The notes under the pieces are model-generated. The model did not search any database, was not told the DNA's origin, and saw nothing but the letters and a program-made list of their open reading frames with translations. Positions 6,885 to 16,268 of a DNA stretch of 64,000 nucleotides are shown here, piece by piece (the stretch's first letter is position 1; each line of letters begins with the position of its first letter). The stretch lies in the sequence record PP695294.1; one strand, given 5' to 3'. A program made the position numbers and the translations under genes.

Positions 6885-8264
6885 TTAGGCTTCTGGCTCT
6901 ACCGCAGGGACATCCCAAACAGCTTTGCGGGCCAAGACACGATACTCCACGTTATCGAATTCGAAGACGTAGAAGTAAACGTTAGGATCGACGTCGTCTA
7001 CGAGCTTCACGATATCCAGCGGGGTGGAATGTGGGTGATACTCTTCCGCTGCGATTAACGCCTGGAAGAACAAGTCCAGCCACTCGGTGGTTTTCTTCGA
7101 CATTCTCGCAATATCTGCATTGTTAGTGCCGATTAATGCGTAGTCGGGAATCGTATCGTGCAGGGTCGTTTTGCGTGAATCGTTTTCAGGGCCTGCGATA
7201 ACTACAGCGTTTAGTGATTTATAGATGGACGGTAAATCCGTTACATCGGTAGTTGGAGTTGAGATTGCTCCACTATTTTTTTCCGTAATGGTTTGAACAG
7301 TCCACTCCCCAAATCGGGAGATTGCTTTGACCCAGAAATCATATGGGAGAATCGGCGAGTATAATGCCGCAACATCTTCCTCATTTGGAATCCCACGAAT
7401 TGACCAACCGGGAACAATTGTGAACTTGGTGGTCGTAAAGATTTCTGGGAACACCTTGACACCCAACGCCACAGTAAAACTGGAGTTTGCCAAAATGTAA
7501 TCACGTAACGCTTGTTTAATCCTGCTCGGGTTACGACCTGCGCGGCCGTAGATGATAACCGACATCGGTATCGGTAAGGTGGAATCAAAGTCTTCCTGGT
7601 CGTGCCAAGTATAGATGTTAGTAATCAGGCTAGTGTACGGATAACCGTCAGCTAATTCGTTAATCTTATTATGGTGATCCGGAAGGTTGAACCCTTCCAT
7701 TGCCTTTTCGACTACAGATTTCACAGCCAAGAAAGTATCAACCGGTAATATCGGCATTTGGACTTCAATTTCAAATCCGGTATAGTCCTGATTGAAATCT
7801 TCATCAGCAAACCAGAGAATAATCTGGTTATTCACATCAGATGGGTCTTCGACTTTATCTGCTGTGGTTTCAAGTTTCCAACTGACCCAACGTGGGAACC
7901 AGTTACTGTTAGTCTGAATCATCGCGCCAGACTGAACACCGCTGATGACACTATTAAATTGCCCCAACAGCAAACGCTGGAATTCAACTTCGTCGTTTCT
8001 TAAGTTGCCCAGGATAGACTGTTGGTAGATCCATTGGGAAACAGTAAGAACGTGGTCGCTAAAGACGGCCGGGGTCTTAATAGGCAACTCGTCACGTTTA
8101 GAAGTAAAAGCAACCAGTTCCACCTGCAGATTTTCTTTAGTAAAATACTGCTTGCTTTTAGCGAACGAATATGACAGCTCAGACAACTCACCTACCGGAG
8201 CGGTGTTGCCAGGGCCATTATCAATCAGAGCCGCTATTTGAATAAAGCCTTGTAAATCATACAT
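6885..8264 (-). CDS. Probable conserved virion structural protein, 459 aa (phiKZ-like tail/baseplate region)
   Basis: Long ORF; structural call from recalled synteny with SPN3US gp203-like gene. Confidence 0.55.
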   Translation of the reverse strand: MYDLQGFIQIAALIDNGPGNTAPVGELSELSYSFAKSKQYFTKENLQVELVAFTSKRDELPIKTPAVFSDHVLTVSQWIYQQSILGNLRNDEVEFQRLLLGQFNSVISGVQSGAMIQTNSNWFPRWVSWKLETTADKVEDPSDVNNQIILWFADEDFNQDYTGFEIEVQMPILPVDTFLAVKSVVEKAMEGFNLPDHHNKINELADGYPYTSLITNIYTWHDQEDFDSTLPIPMSVIIYGRAGRNPSRIKQALRDYILANSSFTVALGVKVFPEIFTTTKFTIVPGWSIRGIPNEEDVAALYSPILPYDFWVKAISRFGEWTVQTITEKNSGAISTPTTDVTDLPSIYKSLNAVVIAGPENDSRKTTLHDTIPDYALIGTNNADIARMSKKTTEWLDLFFQALIAAEEYHPHSTPLDIVKLVDDVDPNVYFYVFEFDNVEYRVLARKAVWDVPAVEPEA

Positions 8265-8288
8265 AATTAAAAACTCTCCGAGGTGAGC

Positions 8289-8798
8289 ATGATAGCATCA
8301 GTTTTCAAACTGCTTCCATTCTTACAGATGCTGTGGGAAGCATTTAAACCGGGCGAGGGGGAGAAAGTAACACGAGCCGGGAAAATAGTGACACTAGTGA
8401 TAGTGGCACTGATCGCGTTCTCTGCATTTGTCTCATATGCCTATATTGTTCAATACCACACACTGGTTAGCGTTCAATCGCGTACTCAGTATCTGGAGAT
8501 ATCCTATAAGGAGCTAAAAGAGAAGTCCGATCACGGCGAAGTGGAGAACAATAAGTTGTACGATCGTCTCTTCACGTGCCTGGGTTCTCGACCGCCATAT
8601 GATGGTACCAAATCTCCAACAGGAACAGGCACTGAGGCCGCGGTTCCGCCTGTAGAACTCAAGCCGGTAACACCGCCGGCACCGTTAAATCCGTCTAGCC
8701 CACCTGCCAAGAAATACCAGGCCGCTTCTCGCCCGGTAGGGTCGCAGGAGGCAAATGATTTCCGACAGGAGATTATCAGTACGCTTAATAATCCATGA
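8289..8798 (+). CDS. Putative inner-membrane spanin (Rz-like)
   Basis: Single N-terminal TM (IVTLVIVALIAFSAFVSYAYIV), coiled coil, a Cys, Pro-rich tail; directly upstream of a lipoprotein gene. GAGG RBS favours ATG8289. Confidence 0.65.
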   Translation: MIASVFKLLPFLQMLWEAFKPGEGEKVTRAGKIVTLVIVALIAFSAFVSYAYIVQYHTLVSVQSRTQYLEISYKELKEKSDHGEVENNKLYDRLFTCLGSRPPYDGTKSPTGTGTEAAVPPVELKPVTPPAPLNPSSPPAKKYQAASRPVGSQEANDFRQEIISTLNNP

Positions 8799-8807
8799 GG
8801 AGCATAC

Positions 8808-9287
8808 ATGAAGTTATTTTTGGTGGCGATACTGGTGCTATTGTTGACAGGATGTCCTGGGGTCATCCGTCACGTAGACCCAGATTACTCCTCAACCGGA
8901 GATTGGCCTTTTCGTCCTTTAGAACACCCACCAGTTTATGTCGGTGGGAACAGTCCTGAGGCGAAAAAGCTGGCAGGGAAAATGTTTGTTGCGGATGTGA
9001 ACGCTTATGCTTATTACGTTTATCTGTACGCTAAGTCGTTGAACAATTACGCAGAAGCTAAGGGGTGGCGCACCCCGATGGCCGCACCGCTTTGTGAAGA
9101 GTTTATTCGCCCCACTCTTCATGATATACCCACTGGGATATATCTCGACCCTGGTTCTCGTAGCCCTCAAGACATTAGTCGTGATTTGTCACGACAGATT
9201 AAGTCTCTCATTCGCGGCTATCGCGAAGACAGAGAGTCTTTTAATCGTGCCTACGAACGGCACAGAAGTAGTTGCCTTGTGCAATGA
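8808..9287 (+). CDS. Outer-membrane lipoprotein, putative o-spanin (Rz1-like)
   Basis: MKLFLVAILVLLLTG-C lipobox; +2 residue is Pro, not Asp; Pro-rich segments; two further Cys. Confidence 0.7.
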   Translation: MKLFLVAILVLLLTGCPGVIRHVDPDYSSTGDWPFRPLEHPPVYVGGNSPEAKKLAGKMFVADVNAYAYYVYLYAKSLNNYAEAKGWRTPMAAPLCEEFIRPTLHDIPTGIYLDPGSRSPQDISRDLSRQIKSLIRGYREDRESFNRAYERHRSSCLVQ

Positions 9288-9291
9288 AAAC

Positions 9292-9328
9292 TCCCTCTTA
9301 CCTTCGGGTAAGAGGGATTTCCTTTTTT
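9292..9328 (+). terminator. Intrinsic terminator
   Basis: TCCCTCTTACC-TTCG-GGTAAGAGGGA plus T-run. Confidence 0.85.
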
Positions 9329-9374
9329 ACGTTAGTAGTTAATAGTGTGATATATAATCTCGTGGAGAGTTGAA

Positions 9375-10094
9375 ATGACCTATCCTAAAATTCTGCCTGT
9401 TTTAACACCAACCGTGGTTGTTGGTACAGACTTAGAGACCCTGGCTTTACGTCCAGATGCCTACATCTTAACGTTGGCAAACGTGGCATTCGATGTTCCG
9501 ACAATGAAAATGATCGGTTCATGTTACCACAAAATCGACCCCAATGATGCAAAAGCAAAAGAAATCTTCTACATCGATCCACAAACGGTCGGTTATTGGG
9601 AAGGTAAAGGCGACCCCGAATACGCACCGAGCGAGAAAGCACGTATTGAAGCGTTTTCTGGGACCACTCCACTGCCAGAAGCACTGTGGGCGGCCAAAAA
9701 ATGGTTGGATGATCTGGGTAACGTGAAAATGGTTATCACCATGCGCGGTCCCGATTTCGATGCTCCAATTCTGATGAACGCATTCGCGCAGTGCGATATC
9801 CCGCCGGGCAAGTACCGCAAGTTTTCTATATTGGACTCTGACCGGACTGCAGAACGTATTGCATATGCGTTTGGCCTGGAACCGAACTGGCACGCAGAAG
9901 CGCACCACTGGACCCGTGGCAAAGAAGCGTACGAGCATAACGCTAGCTTTGATGCTGCGAAGGAAGCGTATTCTACGGCACGCATCTATCATTTGGCCCT
10001 GGTCGCACGCACGTACGGTTTCGAACGTATGTTAGAAGCGCATCGTGAAATGTGTACAGGTGAATACATTCCACCGCAGTTGCGAGGAGAATAA
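9375..10094 (+). CDS. DEDDh 3'-5' exonuclease (DnaQ-like)
   Basis: ExoI GTDLETL, ExoII RGPDFDAPIL, ExoIII HNASFDA. Confidence 0.85.
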   Translation: MTYPKILPVLTPTVVVGTDLETLALRPDAYILTLANVAFDVPTMKMIGSCYHKIDPNDAKAKEIFYIDPQTVGYWEGKGDPEYAPSEKARIEAFSGTTPLPEALWAAKKWLDDLGNVKMVITMRGPDFDAPILMNAFAQCDIPPGKYRKFSILDSDRTAERIAYAFGLEPNWHAEAHHWTRGKEAYEHNASFDAAKEAYSTARIYHLALVARTYGFERMLEAHREMCTGEYIPPQLRGE

Positions 10095-11608
10095 TGAAAG
10101 ACGTCGACGTAGCGGTTATTTATACCGATGGTAGTCATACTGAGTCCCCGAAAGGTTCGGGGGCTGGTATTCATGGTTATTTATTCAACAACGGAGATTT
10201 GGAAGACAGTCAGGCTTATAGCCATCCGGGTGTTTCAGAACGGATTACCACTGTTGGATACAAAAAAGTGCCGCAGGATGTGAAGTGTCCGGAGTTGCCG
10301 GACACCGTTCAATTTGTCGACGCCGTTATTCCCGTTCCGAAAGAGTTCTACTCAGATGTGGGCGAGTTAATCGCCTTCATCACGTTGTTTGAGAACGCGC
10401 CCTTCCGCGCGAAGAACTATATCATCTACGTGGATGCCAGTTACGTTGTAAACACTTTTAACGAGTGGATAGACGGCTGGCATAAACGTGGTTGGGTTCG
10501 TGCTGACGGTACTCCGCTGGCGAACAAAGAACTTATTGTTCGTATCTGGGAAATCAAACAGCAGATGAAAAAAGAAGGACGGGGTGTTAAGGTTATCAAA
10601 ATCAAAGGACACTCCGGCCACTACGGTAACGACCGGGCGGACGAATTGGCTAGAAAAGGTTCAGCTATCACAGCGACCAACGACGGCGTTCCATATCAGC
10701 CGTACTGGTCGAAGGATGAGTTGCCTGCATCCGCGGAACCCGAGCCCATCGCCGCTGGGATGAACCTTGCGGCATATCCGCCGATTTGTACGGTTAAATA
10801 TTGCTATCCGTTGGTGAACGAGGACCATCCTACTGTAAAAGTGAAAGATGAAACTTTCTATTACATGTTTGGTGGTAACCATGCAAAGAACAAGGACGAC
10901 TTGGTGTTTATTGGGAAAATGATTCCTGATGCACACTTTTCCGTAATGTTCACTAAACAACCGTGGGATAACATCTACACGATTGTAAATACCCACGCCG
11001 CCCTGGCATGGAAAGATACACCGAAGATGCGGCAGTATGATCCAATCGGTGTTGTTAACAATGAGTTCGTTAAACGTAAGAAGTTCGTTGATGTGGCAGG
11101 TGATGGATTACCGGCAGACAAGATGCATTTCAGTGGAGAAGATTCCAATGTCTGGTTCTTTGAAGACCTGGCCATCTCCAGAATGCTTCGCCCGCCCTTA
11201 TTGTCGTATCGTGCGCTGGATATTCGTGACGAACTCGCTACAACGTTGAGAGATGTTCTGCATCAGGAAAAGGGTTATGTCTTAAATGATATTACTGACT
11301 TGTTGTTCGATGACAAAGGTAAGCCTGTTAAGGAATACTACCGTAGTGTCGATAAGTCAATAACGTTAAAGATTGACTTTCCGATGGGTAAACGACCTGT
11401 CTCGGTTATTTTGACTCGCGGTATCGATATTCCATCGCGTACGGAAATCAACCGTATTAAAGAACCCGAAGGCCGTTATTACATCGCGGTGTGTCGTCCT
11501 GAAAAATACTACATCCGTTACTTCTTAATCTATATCGGTAAAGAGTATCATGGGTTGTGGTGTGCGTATTACGCAAACCGTCGCATACTGCGAGAAGAAG
11601 AGGTGTAA
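10094..11608 (+). CDS. rnhA: Ribonuclease HI with long C-terminal extension
   Basis: IYTDGS, GELIA, YVDASYVVN, W.KRGW...DG.PLANKEL, KIKGHSGHYGNDRADELA; TAATG coupling to the exonuclease gene. Confidence 0.9.
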   Translation: MKDVDVAVIYTDGSHTESPKGSGAGIHGYLFNNGDLEDSQAYSHPGVSERITTVGYKKVPQDVKCPELPDTVQFVDAVIPVPKEFYSDVGELIAFITLFENAPFRAKNYIIYVDASYVVNTFNEWIDGWHKRGWVRADGTPLANKELIVRIWEIKQQMKKEGRGVKVIKIKGHSGHYGNDRADELARKGSAITATNDGVPYQPYWSKDELPASAEPEPIAAGMNLAAYPPICTVKYCYPLVNEDHPTVKVKDETFYYMFGGNHAKNKDDLVFIGKMIPDAHFSVMFTKQPWDNIYTIVNTHAALAWKDTPKMRQYDPIGVVNNEFVKRKKFVDVAGDGLPADKMHFSGEDSNVWFFEDLAISRMLRPPLLSYRALDIRDELATTLRDVLHQEKGYVLNDITDLLFDDKGKPVKEYYRSVDKSITLKIDFPMGKRPVSVILTRGIDIPSRTEINRIKEPEGRYYIAVCRPEKYYIRYFLIYIGKEYHGLWCAYYANRRILREEEV

Positions 11609-11609
11609 C

Positions 11610-12350
11610 ATGTTGCGAGTCGTGAGTGAATCGCTCACGCTCCACACACAAAGTCTGATTAACTGTGTGGAGCAATACGGATGGATGTCGTGGATGGCAA
11701 CGAACCGTGAGTTTGGTGCTGCGCCCATGGAAGATTACGACGTGTTGTACAAGTGGGGATTTGAAGCGGCTTGTGATGTTGTGGCAGAGCTGGTTACCGA
11801 AACAATTGCGCGTTACAATGCAAGATGTGATGAACCGATGCCTAAACAAGTCCCGCCGCAAATACCTCCGCTACCGACAATCGATCGTGAGCATTGTCGA
11901 ATCTGGACAATGGAAGAGTTGTACGACGAACACGTTAGAATGCTGAAACCGAACGAGCTAATAACCGGTGCGTTGAACTGGTTCTTACATCGTTTCTGGA
12001 CAGAGTTGGTCGATGTGGCGGGTGACGAAGATAATTGTTCTCAGGTTATTTGGTACGATCGAGCGATGTTTCATCGCAGTCTTAAAGATCGTAGTCTCTG
12101 CAACCTGTATATTGTTGACCCGTGTGAAGACATTGTAAAGGTAGCAGAAGGTAACTCTTATTCCGACTTGGTGATGTCCGTGGTAGAAAAACCGATGGGT
12201 ATTTTCCTGCAGGGAGACGCTTGGGTTTTAACGGATGATATCTCGGGCTACCTGCTGGACCCGGATGACATTCACTCGGACGAACCTGATACCATCGAGT
12301 ATTTTCACTTTACAGAACAGGCAGCACGCTTCTTGCATCTCTTAAAGTAA
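11610..12350 (+). CDS. Acidic hypothetical protein, 246 aa (paralog array member)
   Basis: GAGGT RBS before ATG11610; N-terminus MLRVVSESL resembles 13541. Confidence 0.75.
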   Translation: MLRVVSESLTLHTQSLINCVEQYGWMSWMATNREFGAAPMEDYDVLYKWGFEAACDVVAELVTETIARYNARCDEPMPKQVPPQIPPLPTIDREHCRIWTMEELYDEHVRMLKPNELITGALNWFLHRFWTELVDVAGDEDNCSQVIWYDRAMFHRSLKDRSLCNLYIVDPCEDIVKVAEGNSYSDLVMSVVEKPMGIFLQGDAWVLTDDISGYLLDPDDIHSDEPDTIEYFHFTEQAARFLHLLK

Positions 12351-12351
12351 T

Positions 12352-12370
12352 CTGAGATAGATATTATCTA
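12352..12370 (+). promoter_or_regulatory. Candidate phage early promoter (CTGAGATAGATATTATCTA)
   Basis: Intergenic copy of the recurring motif. Confidence 0.6.
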
Positions 12371-12403
12371 CAGGGACGTAACCTTAAGGAGAATTTATTC
12401 ACG

Positions 12404-13138
12404 ATGCTTAAAGTCGAAGTGCCAGTGCTTTTAAACCTCACGCCCCAGTTTTTTGAAGCGTTGTTCGAAAAGCATTGGCCCGCGTTCGCGAAGAACGAAC
12501 TAAAGGATAACCCACAGTGGTATCCACTGCGCGATGAATTCAAGTACACAGCCATCAACGTCTGTATAGAAGTCTTCACTGCGTGGTTACAAGAGATGTA
12601 CGACTGCATCAACACCGAACGGTTGTTCACGCTAGAACATGTAGAGATTAATGTTGTTGACGTCTACGAAGGTTACACCTACGAAGAAGGCATTACTGCC
12701 ACGGGGTTAAGCCAACAAGACGTTGAAGAACAAATCTTTGCGTGGATCGAGTGGTTTACGGAAAAGTTGATGCTGGCTGATTTTGTCACGCAGGTGGAAG
12801 ATGTATTCATCCCAATGTACGAGCGGTTAGCTGAGATACGTCGTAACCATCGTCTGCTCGGTTACTGGTATGACACTTATACCACCTCCTCAACACTGTG
12901 GTCTTCCGCTACTGCCGCATTTGGCATAACTGATGGCGATTACGATGTCGTTCATTCCGGCCCTTGGCAGTATGGTTTCGGCACCCTGTGGCACGAGCTG
13001 ACCGATGCCATGTGTCTGGACTTTTATCTGTGTGAAGGTAAGTTTTACACGGATAACTGCGTGAGCCAAATTCCGAATGGTGCGATGGTGGTGATGTGTC
13101 GCATCCGTAAAGATGTCGCTGAGAAACTAAACTACTGA
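12404..13138 (+). CDS. Acidic hypothetical protein, 244 aa
   Basis: AAGGAG RBS, ATG start. Confidence 0.8.
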   Translation: MLKVEVPVLLNLTPQFFEALFEKHWPAFAKNELKDNPQWYPLRDEFKYTAINVCIEVFTAWLQEMYDCINTERLFTLEHVEINVVDVYEGYTYEEGITATGLSQQDVEEQIFAWIEWFTEKLMLADFVTQVEDVFIPMYERLAEIRRNHRLLGYWYDTYTTSSTLWSSATAAFGITDGDYDVVHSGPWQYGFGTLWHELTDAMCLDFYLCEGKFYTDNCVSQIPNGAMVVMCRIRKDVAEKLNY

Positions 13139-13151
13139 AGGAGTATTTAAA

Positions 13152-13529
13152 ATGACGCAAGACGAATTTGAAACGATGGTAAAACAGTATTACAAAGAAG
13201 GTGTGATTCTCTATATTGTCGAACCGGGACAAGAAGCCTGGTTAAATAAAGCAACGCTGAGTGTCGCTATTCGTGGAGAAGTGACAGTAGAGATGCGCAA
13301 TATGGCACGTCTTATTCGCGATACTGCGATTACTGGCGGTAAACTGGTGTCTCTTGCGCATTTCAGAACACAGGGTCGCGATCAGGTATCGCTGGATGCT
13401 GAAGTTGATGTCGTTGCTACTGTTGGTTTTGATTTAGATGGTCTTCCAGGCTCGAACCTTGTCGTGATTAAGAAATGGCGTGGATACGATGCAATCCCAT
13501 CGCCAGGGGTGTGGCCGGCAACCAACTAG
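13152..13529 (+). CDS. Hypothetical protein, 125 aa
   Basis: AAGGAG RBS, operonic. Confidence 0.8.
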   Translation: MTQDEFETMVKQYYKEGVILYIVEPGQEAWLNKATLSVAIRGEVTVEMRNMARLIRDTAITGGKLVSLAHFRTQGRDQVSLDAEVDVVATVGFDLDGLPGSNLVVIKKWRGYDAIPSPGVWPATN

Positions 13530-13540
13530 AGGTGGTCGCT

Positions 13541-13948
13541 ATGTTAAAGGTGTATAGCGAGTCATTGATGGACTTGCAAGAGTATCTAAAGCATGTGGAA
13601 ATTAACGGCAACCGTGGAATGATATACTCCATGGTTGTCGAGATTTTAATTAAAATCGTGCTTGTTTCATTCCACGTAGCAGAAAATGGCACTGCTGTAC
13701 CAGGAGATGTTTATAAAGGCGTTATTAAGCATCTTAGCGAGCGCTACAGTTGTTTACGTGAACCGGATATCTTTAATGAGGTGCAGCGTGTTGTGTTGCT
13801 TATCCTCGACAACCGTGAAGACTTGGCGTACAAGCTTGCGCATGAATTGGCAGACACGTCACAGCACGGTGGACAACTGAAATATAACGTTGTGGATCTC
13901 GTAGCGTGCAGATACTGGTATACGCAGCCCGAGGTAAGTAACTTTTAA
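13541..13948 (+). CDS. Hypothetical protein, 135 aa
   Basis: GAGGT RBS before ATG13541 (the track start 13475 overlaps the upstream gene). Confidence 0.75.
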   Translation: MLKVYSESLMDLQEYLKHVEINGNRGMIYSMVVEILIKIVLVSFHVAENGTAVPGDVYKGVIKHLSERYSCLREPDIFNEVQRVVLLILDNREDLAYKLAHELADTSQHGGQLKYNVVDLVACRYWYTQPEVSNF

Positions 13949-13958
13949 GGAGCATTAG

Positions 13959-14498
13959 ATGCAAATCGTAATTGACTTCGCTCTGTCGGAGTCGAGACGT
14001 CAGCTAGATGAAATTCTGTTAGGATTAAAACGAGACGTGGAATTTGAACTTCACGATGCGTTGGCCGTCCACGAAAATCGTTTGTCTGACGAAATAGGTT
14101 CGGGTGTAGATGTGGCTATCTGTGACACTGGGGATATGGTAAATCAGCTTATTGAACGTATGTTCACGCGGCTGCGTAACATTCTGAACTATCCCCATCG
14201 TTTTGAACTGGTAGAAGGGACGGACCAAATCACCGACTTATTGAGTGAAGCCTTTGATAAGGTTGGTGAATCTCTGGCGGGGTTACATCAAGAGAACCTG
14301 GGCGAGACATATGTTGCTGTGGTCATTAACGGGCAAACGTCGAACGTTACGGATACGGTAACATGGTCCGATATCGTTGACCAGCCAATCATTGACAAAA
14401 TCACCAAGTTGTATCGTGAAGCAGAAATGAAAGTGCTGGCTATCTGTCGCCGTGAGTTGTTATACCTCGGTGAGAAATACGGGAAACCTATTGAATGA
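13959..14498 (+). CDS. Acidic hypothetical protein, 179 aa (paralog of 14495)
   Basis: AAGGAG RBS; M.I.ID......R......L...KR..E..L and DKVG shared with the next gene. Confidence 0.8.
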   Translation: MQIVIDFALSESRRQLDEILLGLKRDVEFELHDALAVHENRLSDEIGSGVDVAICDTGDMVNQLIERMFTRLRNILNYPHRFELVEGTDQITDLLSEAFDKVGESLAGLHQENLGETYVAVVINGQTSNVTDTVTWSDIVDQPIIDKITKLYREAEMKVLAICRRELLYLGEKYGKPIE

Positions 14499-15037
14499 AA
14501 ATATTCATTGATTTACTCGATGACGAATTTCGTGAAATATTTCCAGCGGCGTTGTTCGAGTTTAAACGCAAGTGTGAAGACTATCTGATACCGAAGAATA
14601 TCGATCGTCAGCACCTCGCTGGGCTTATCTCTGCAGCGTATGTCAATATCGCGGTAAATGAAGTTCATCAACTCGCGCAACGTATTGCGTGTTTCGAATA
14701 CAACGACGAAGACATTGAAGACGGCTTCCTGCAGTCTAAGATGGGTCGCTTCTCACTCGAACTCAAGACCGATGAGGTTATTGATAAGGTCGGTAAAGCC
14801 TTTGATGAAATGAAGGACATCGAAATGATGATTAAGATGTCTGGACCGGAAGCAGGCCCATTGAAAGAAGCGTGGGAACATCTCAACCGCGACGAGTATA
14901 AAGAGATGTACATGGGTGAGTTCACCACCATGCTACGTCACCTCGAAGCACAGGTCTGGGAGCATATCGTTTCACGTCTGAAAGAAATACTGATTGTGGT
15001 CGAGCCAATGCAGCCTCTTGCTATCAGTAAATTCTAA
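14495..15037 (+). CDS. Acidic hypothetical protein, 180 aa (paralog of 13959)
   Basis: ATGA overlap; shared motifs as above. Confidence 0.8.
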   Translation: MKIFIDLLDDEFREIFPAALFEFKRKCEDYLIPKNIDRQHLAGLISAAYVNIAVNEVHQLAQRIACFEYNDEDIEDGFLQSKMGRFSLELKTDEVIDKVGKAFDEMKDIEMMIKMSGPEAGPLKEAWEHLNRDEYKEMYMGEFTTMLRHLEAQVWEHIVSRLKEILIVVEPMQPLAISKF

Positions 15038-15047
15038 ATCGGTCCGA

Positions 15048-15108
15048 AATAAAATAAAGCCTACCCACTCCCGTAAGGGGAGTGGGTACTGCTTACTTTT
15101 TATTTTTT
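15048..15108. terminator. Bidirectional terminator
   Basis: A-run, TACCCACTCCC-GTAAG-GGGAGTGGGTA, T-run, between convergent genes. Confidence 0.8.
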
Positions 15109-15855
15109 GTTTGCTTTCAGGGTCTTGAGGCGATCACCGGTTACGTTCAGGCATTCTGTCAGTTCATTAATCTGTTTCATAAACAGTCCGAACAGCTCAA
15201 CCCAGTCAGCACCCATGTCAGCCATTTTCACTAACTCTGCCGCCACATTAGGATGGACTTGTGAATTAGAGATAATGTCTACAGAGACGTTGATGCTTTC
15301 AACTGTACGGTCAATACCTTTCTGGAGTTTCTTAGTCACTTCCAGGTTCAGCGCTTTGGCACGATTAAACGCAACGTCAATCTCACCTGCACTGTGGTAG
15401 GTCTTTTCAATCGCACGCTGGTCGATCACATTGTTGGTGTACGACTTCGCCAGTTTTTCAACCAGGTCTTTTGGATTGATGTTTTTCAGTGGATAGTTCA
15501 GGTCTTTGAACTTAAACCCAATCGGCAGAGTTAACATGCCCAGGTCGTGTGTCATCGCGCCGAAACGTTTGTCGATGGGACTTAAAACCCCTTCCTGAAT
15601 CTTCTGGAGCACAGCCCATACAGATTCCAACCGTTCTATGTGGTCCATCACATACGTGTTGAAGCCCGGAGGTACGGGTACAAGCATTCCGGTAAAGTTT
15701 AAAAACTTCTCTTGCTGCATCCACTTGGACACATCAGACATGTCGTCATAGGTGGTCAGCGCGAGTTCCTGTTGAGAGCCGCTAAAGGCTTTAGGCAGAA
15801 TCGTGGATGCTTTGGCAACAAAGCCCGACAACGCTGCAAGTGGATTAACATTCAT
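15100..15855 (-). CDS. Probable virion/head protein, 251 aa, helical
   Basis: GAGGT RBS; structural call from recalled synteny only. Confidence 0.5.
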   Translation of the reverse strand: MNVNPLAALSGFVAKASTILPKAFSGSQQELALTTYDDMSDVSKWMQQEKFLNFTGMLVPVPPGFNTYVMDHIERLESVWAVLQKIQEGVLSPIDKRFGAMTHDLGMLTLPIGFKFKDLNYPLKNINPKDLVEKLAKSYTNNVIDQRAIEKTYHSAGEIDVAFNRAKALNLEVTKKLQKGIDRTVESINVSVDIISNSQVHPNVAAELVKMADMGADWVELFGLFMKQINELTECLNVTGDRLKTLKANKK

Positions 15856-15953
15856 TCTATCAACCTCGAATATATAAGGGATTGGGCTACATAGTAAGTC
15901 TTTTACGTATCACCCAAACCTTATGTACGAGAACTGCAAAAAGGTAACATCTG

Positions 15954-16253
15954 ATGAGAATCAAATTACTGACTCGCGCTTTAACCTCTCGTATCGAACC
16001 TGAGATTTACACCACCCCGACGAAGAAGAATACCGATGGTAGTCCGATCGTGGTTGGTAAAATCCTGAACGTGACCACACGTGCTGATGGTCAACGCGTT
16101 CTGGAAATCGAAATCGACGAACGTAACCGTAACCGCTTCAAAAGCATTTCTAACATCAATCCTAAGGATGACAACCAAGTCACCGAGTGGGCAGAAGTGC
16201 ATTTCGAAGTTTGGCATAAACGTCGTCTGTTACTCCCACTGAAAAAACGCTAA
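15954..16253 (+). CDS. Hypothetical protein, 99 aa
   Basis: AAGGT RBS; first gene of the recA-like operon. Confidence 0.7.
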   Translation: MRIKLLTRALTSRIEPEIYTTPTKKNTDGSPIVVGKILNVTTRADGQRVLEIEIDERNRNRFKSISNINPKDDNQVTEWAEVHFEVWHKRRLLLPLKKR

Positions 16254-16268
16254 TTGACGGAGCGCTAA

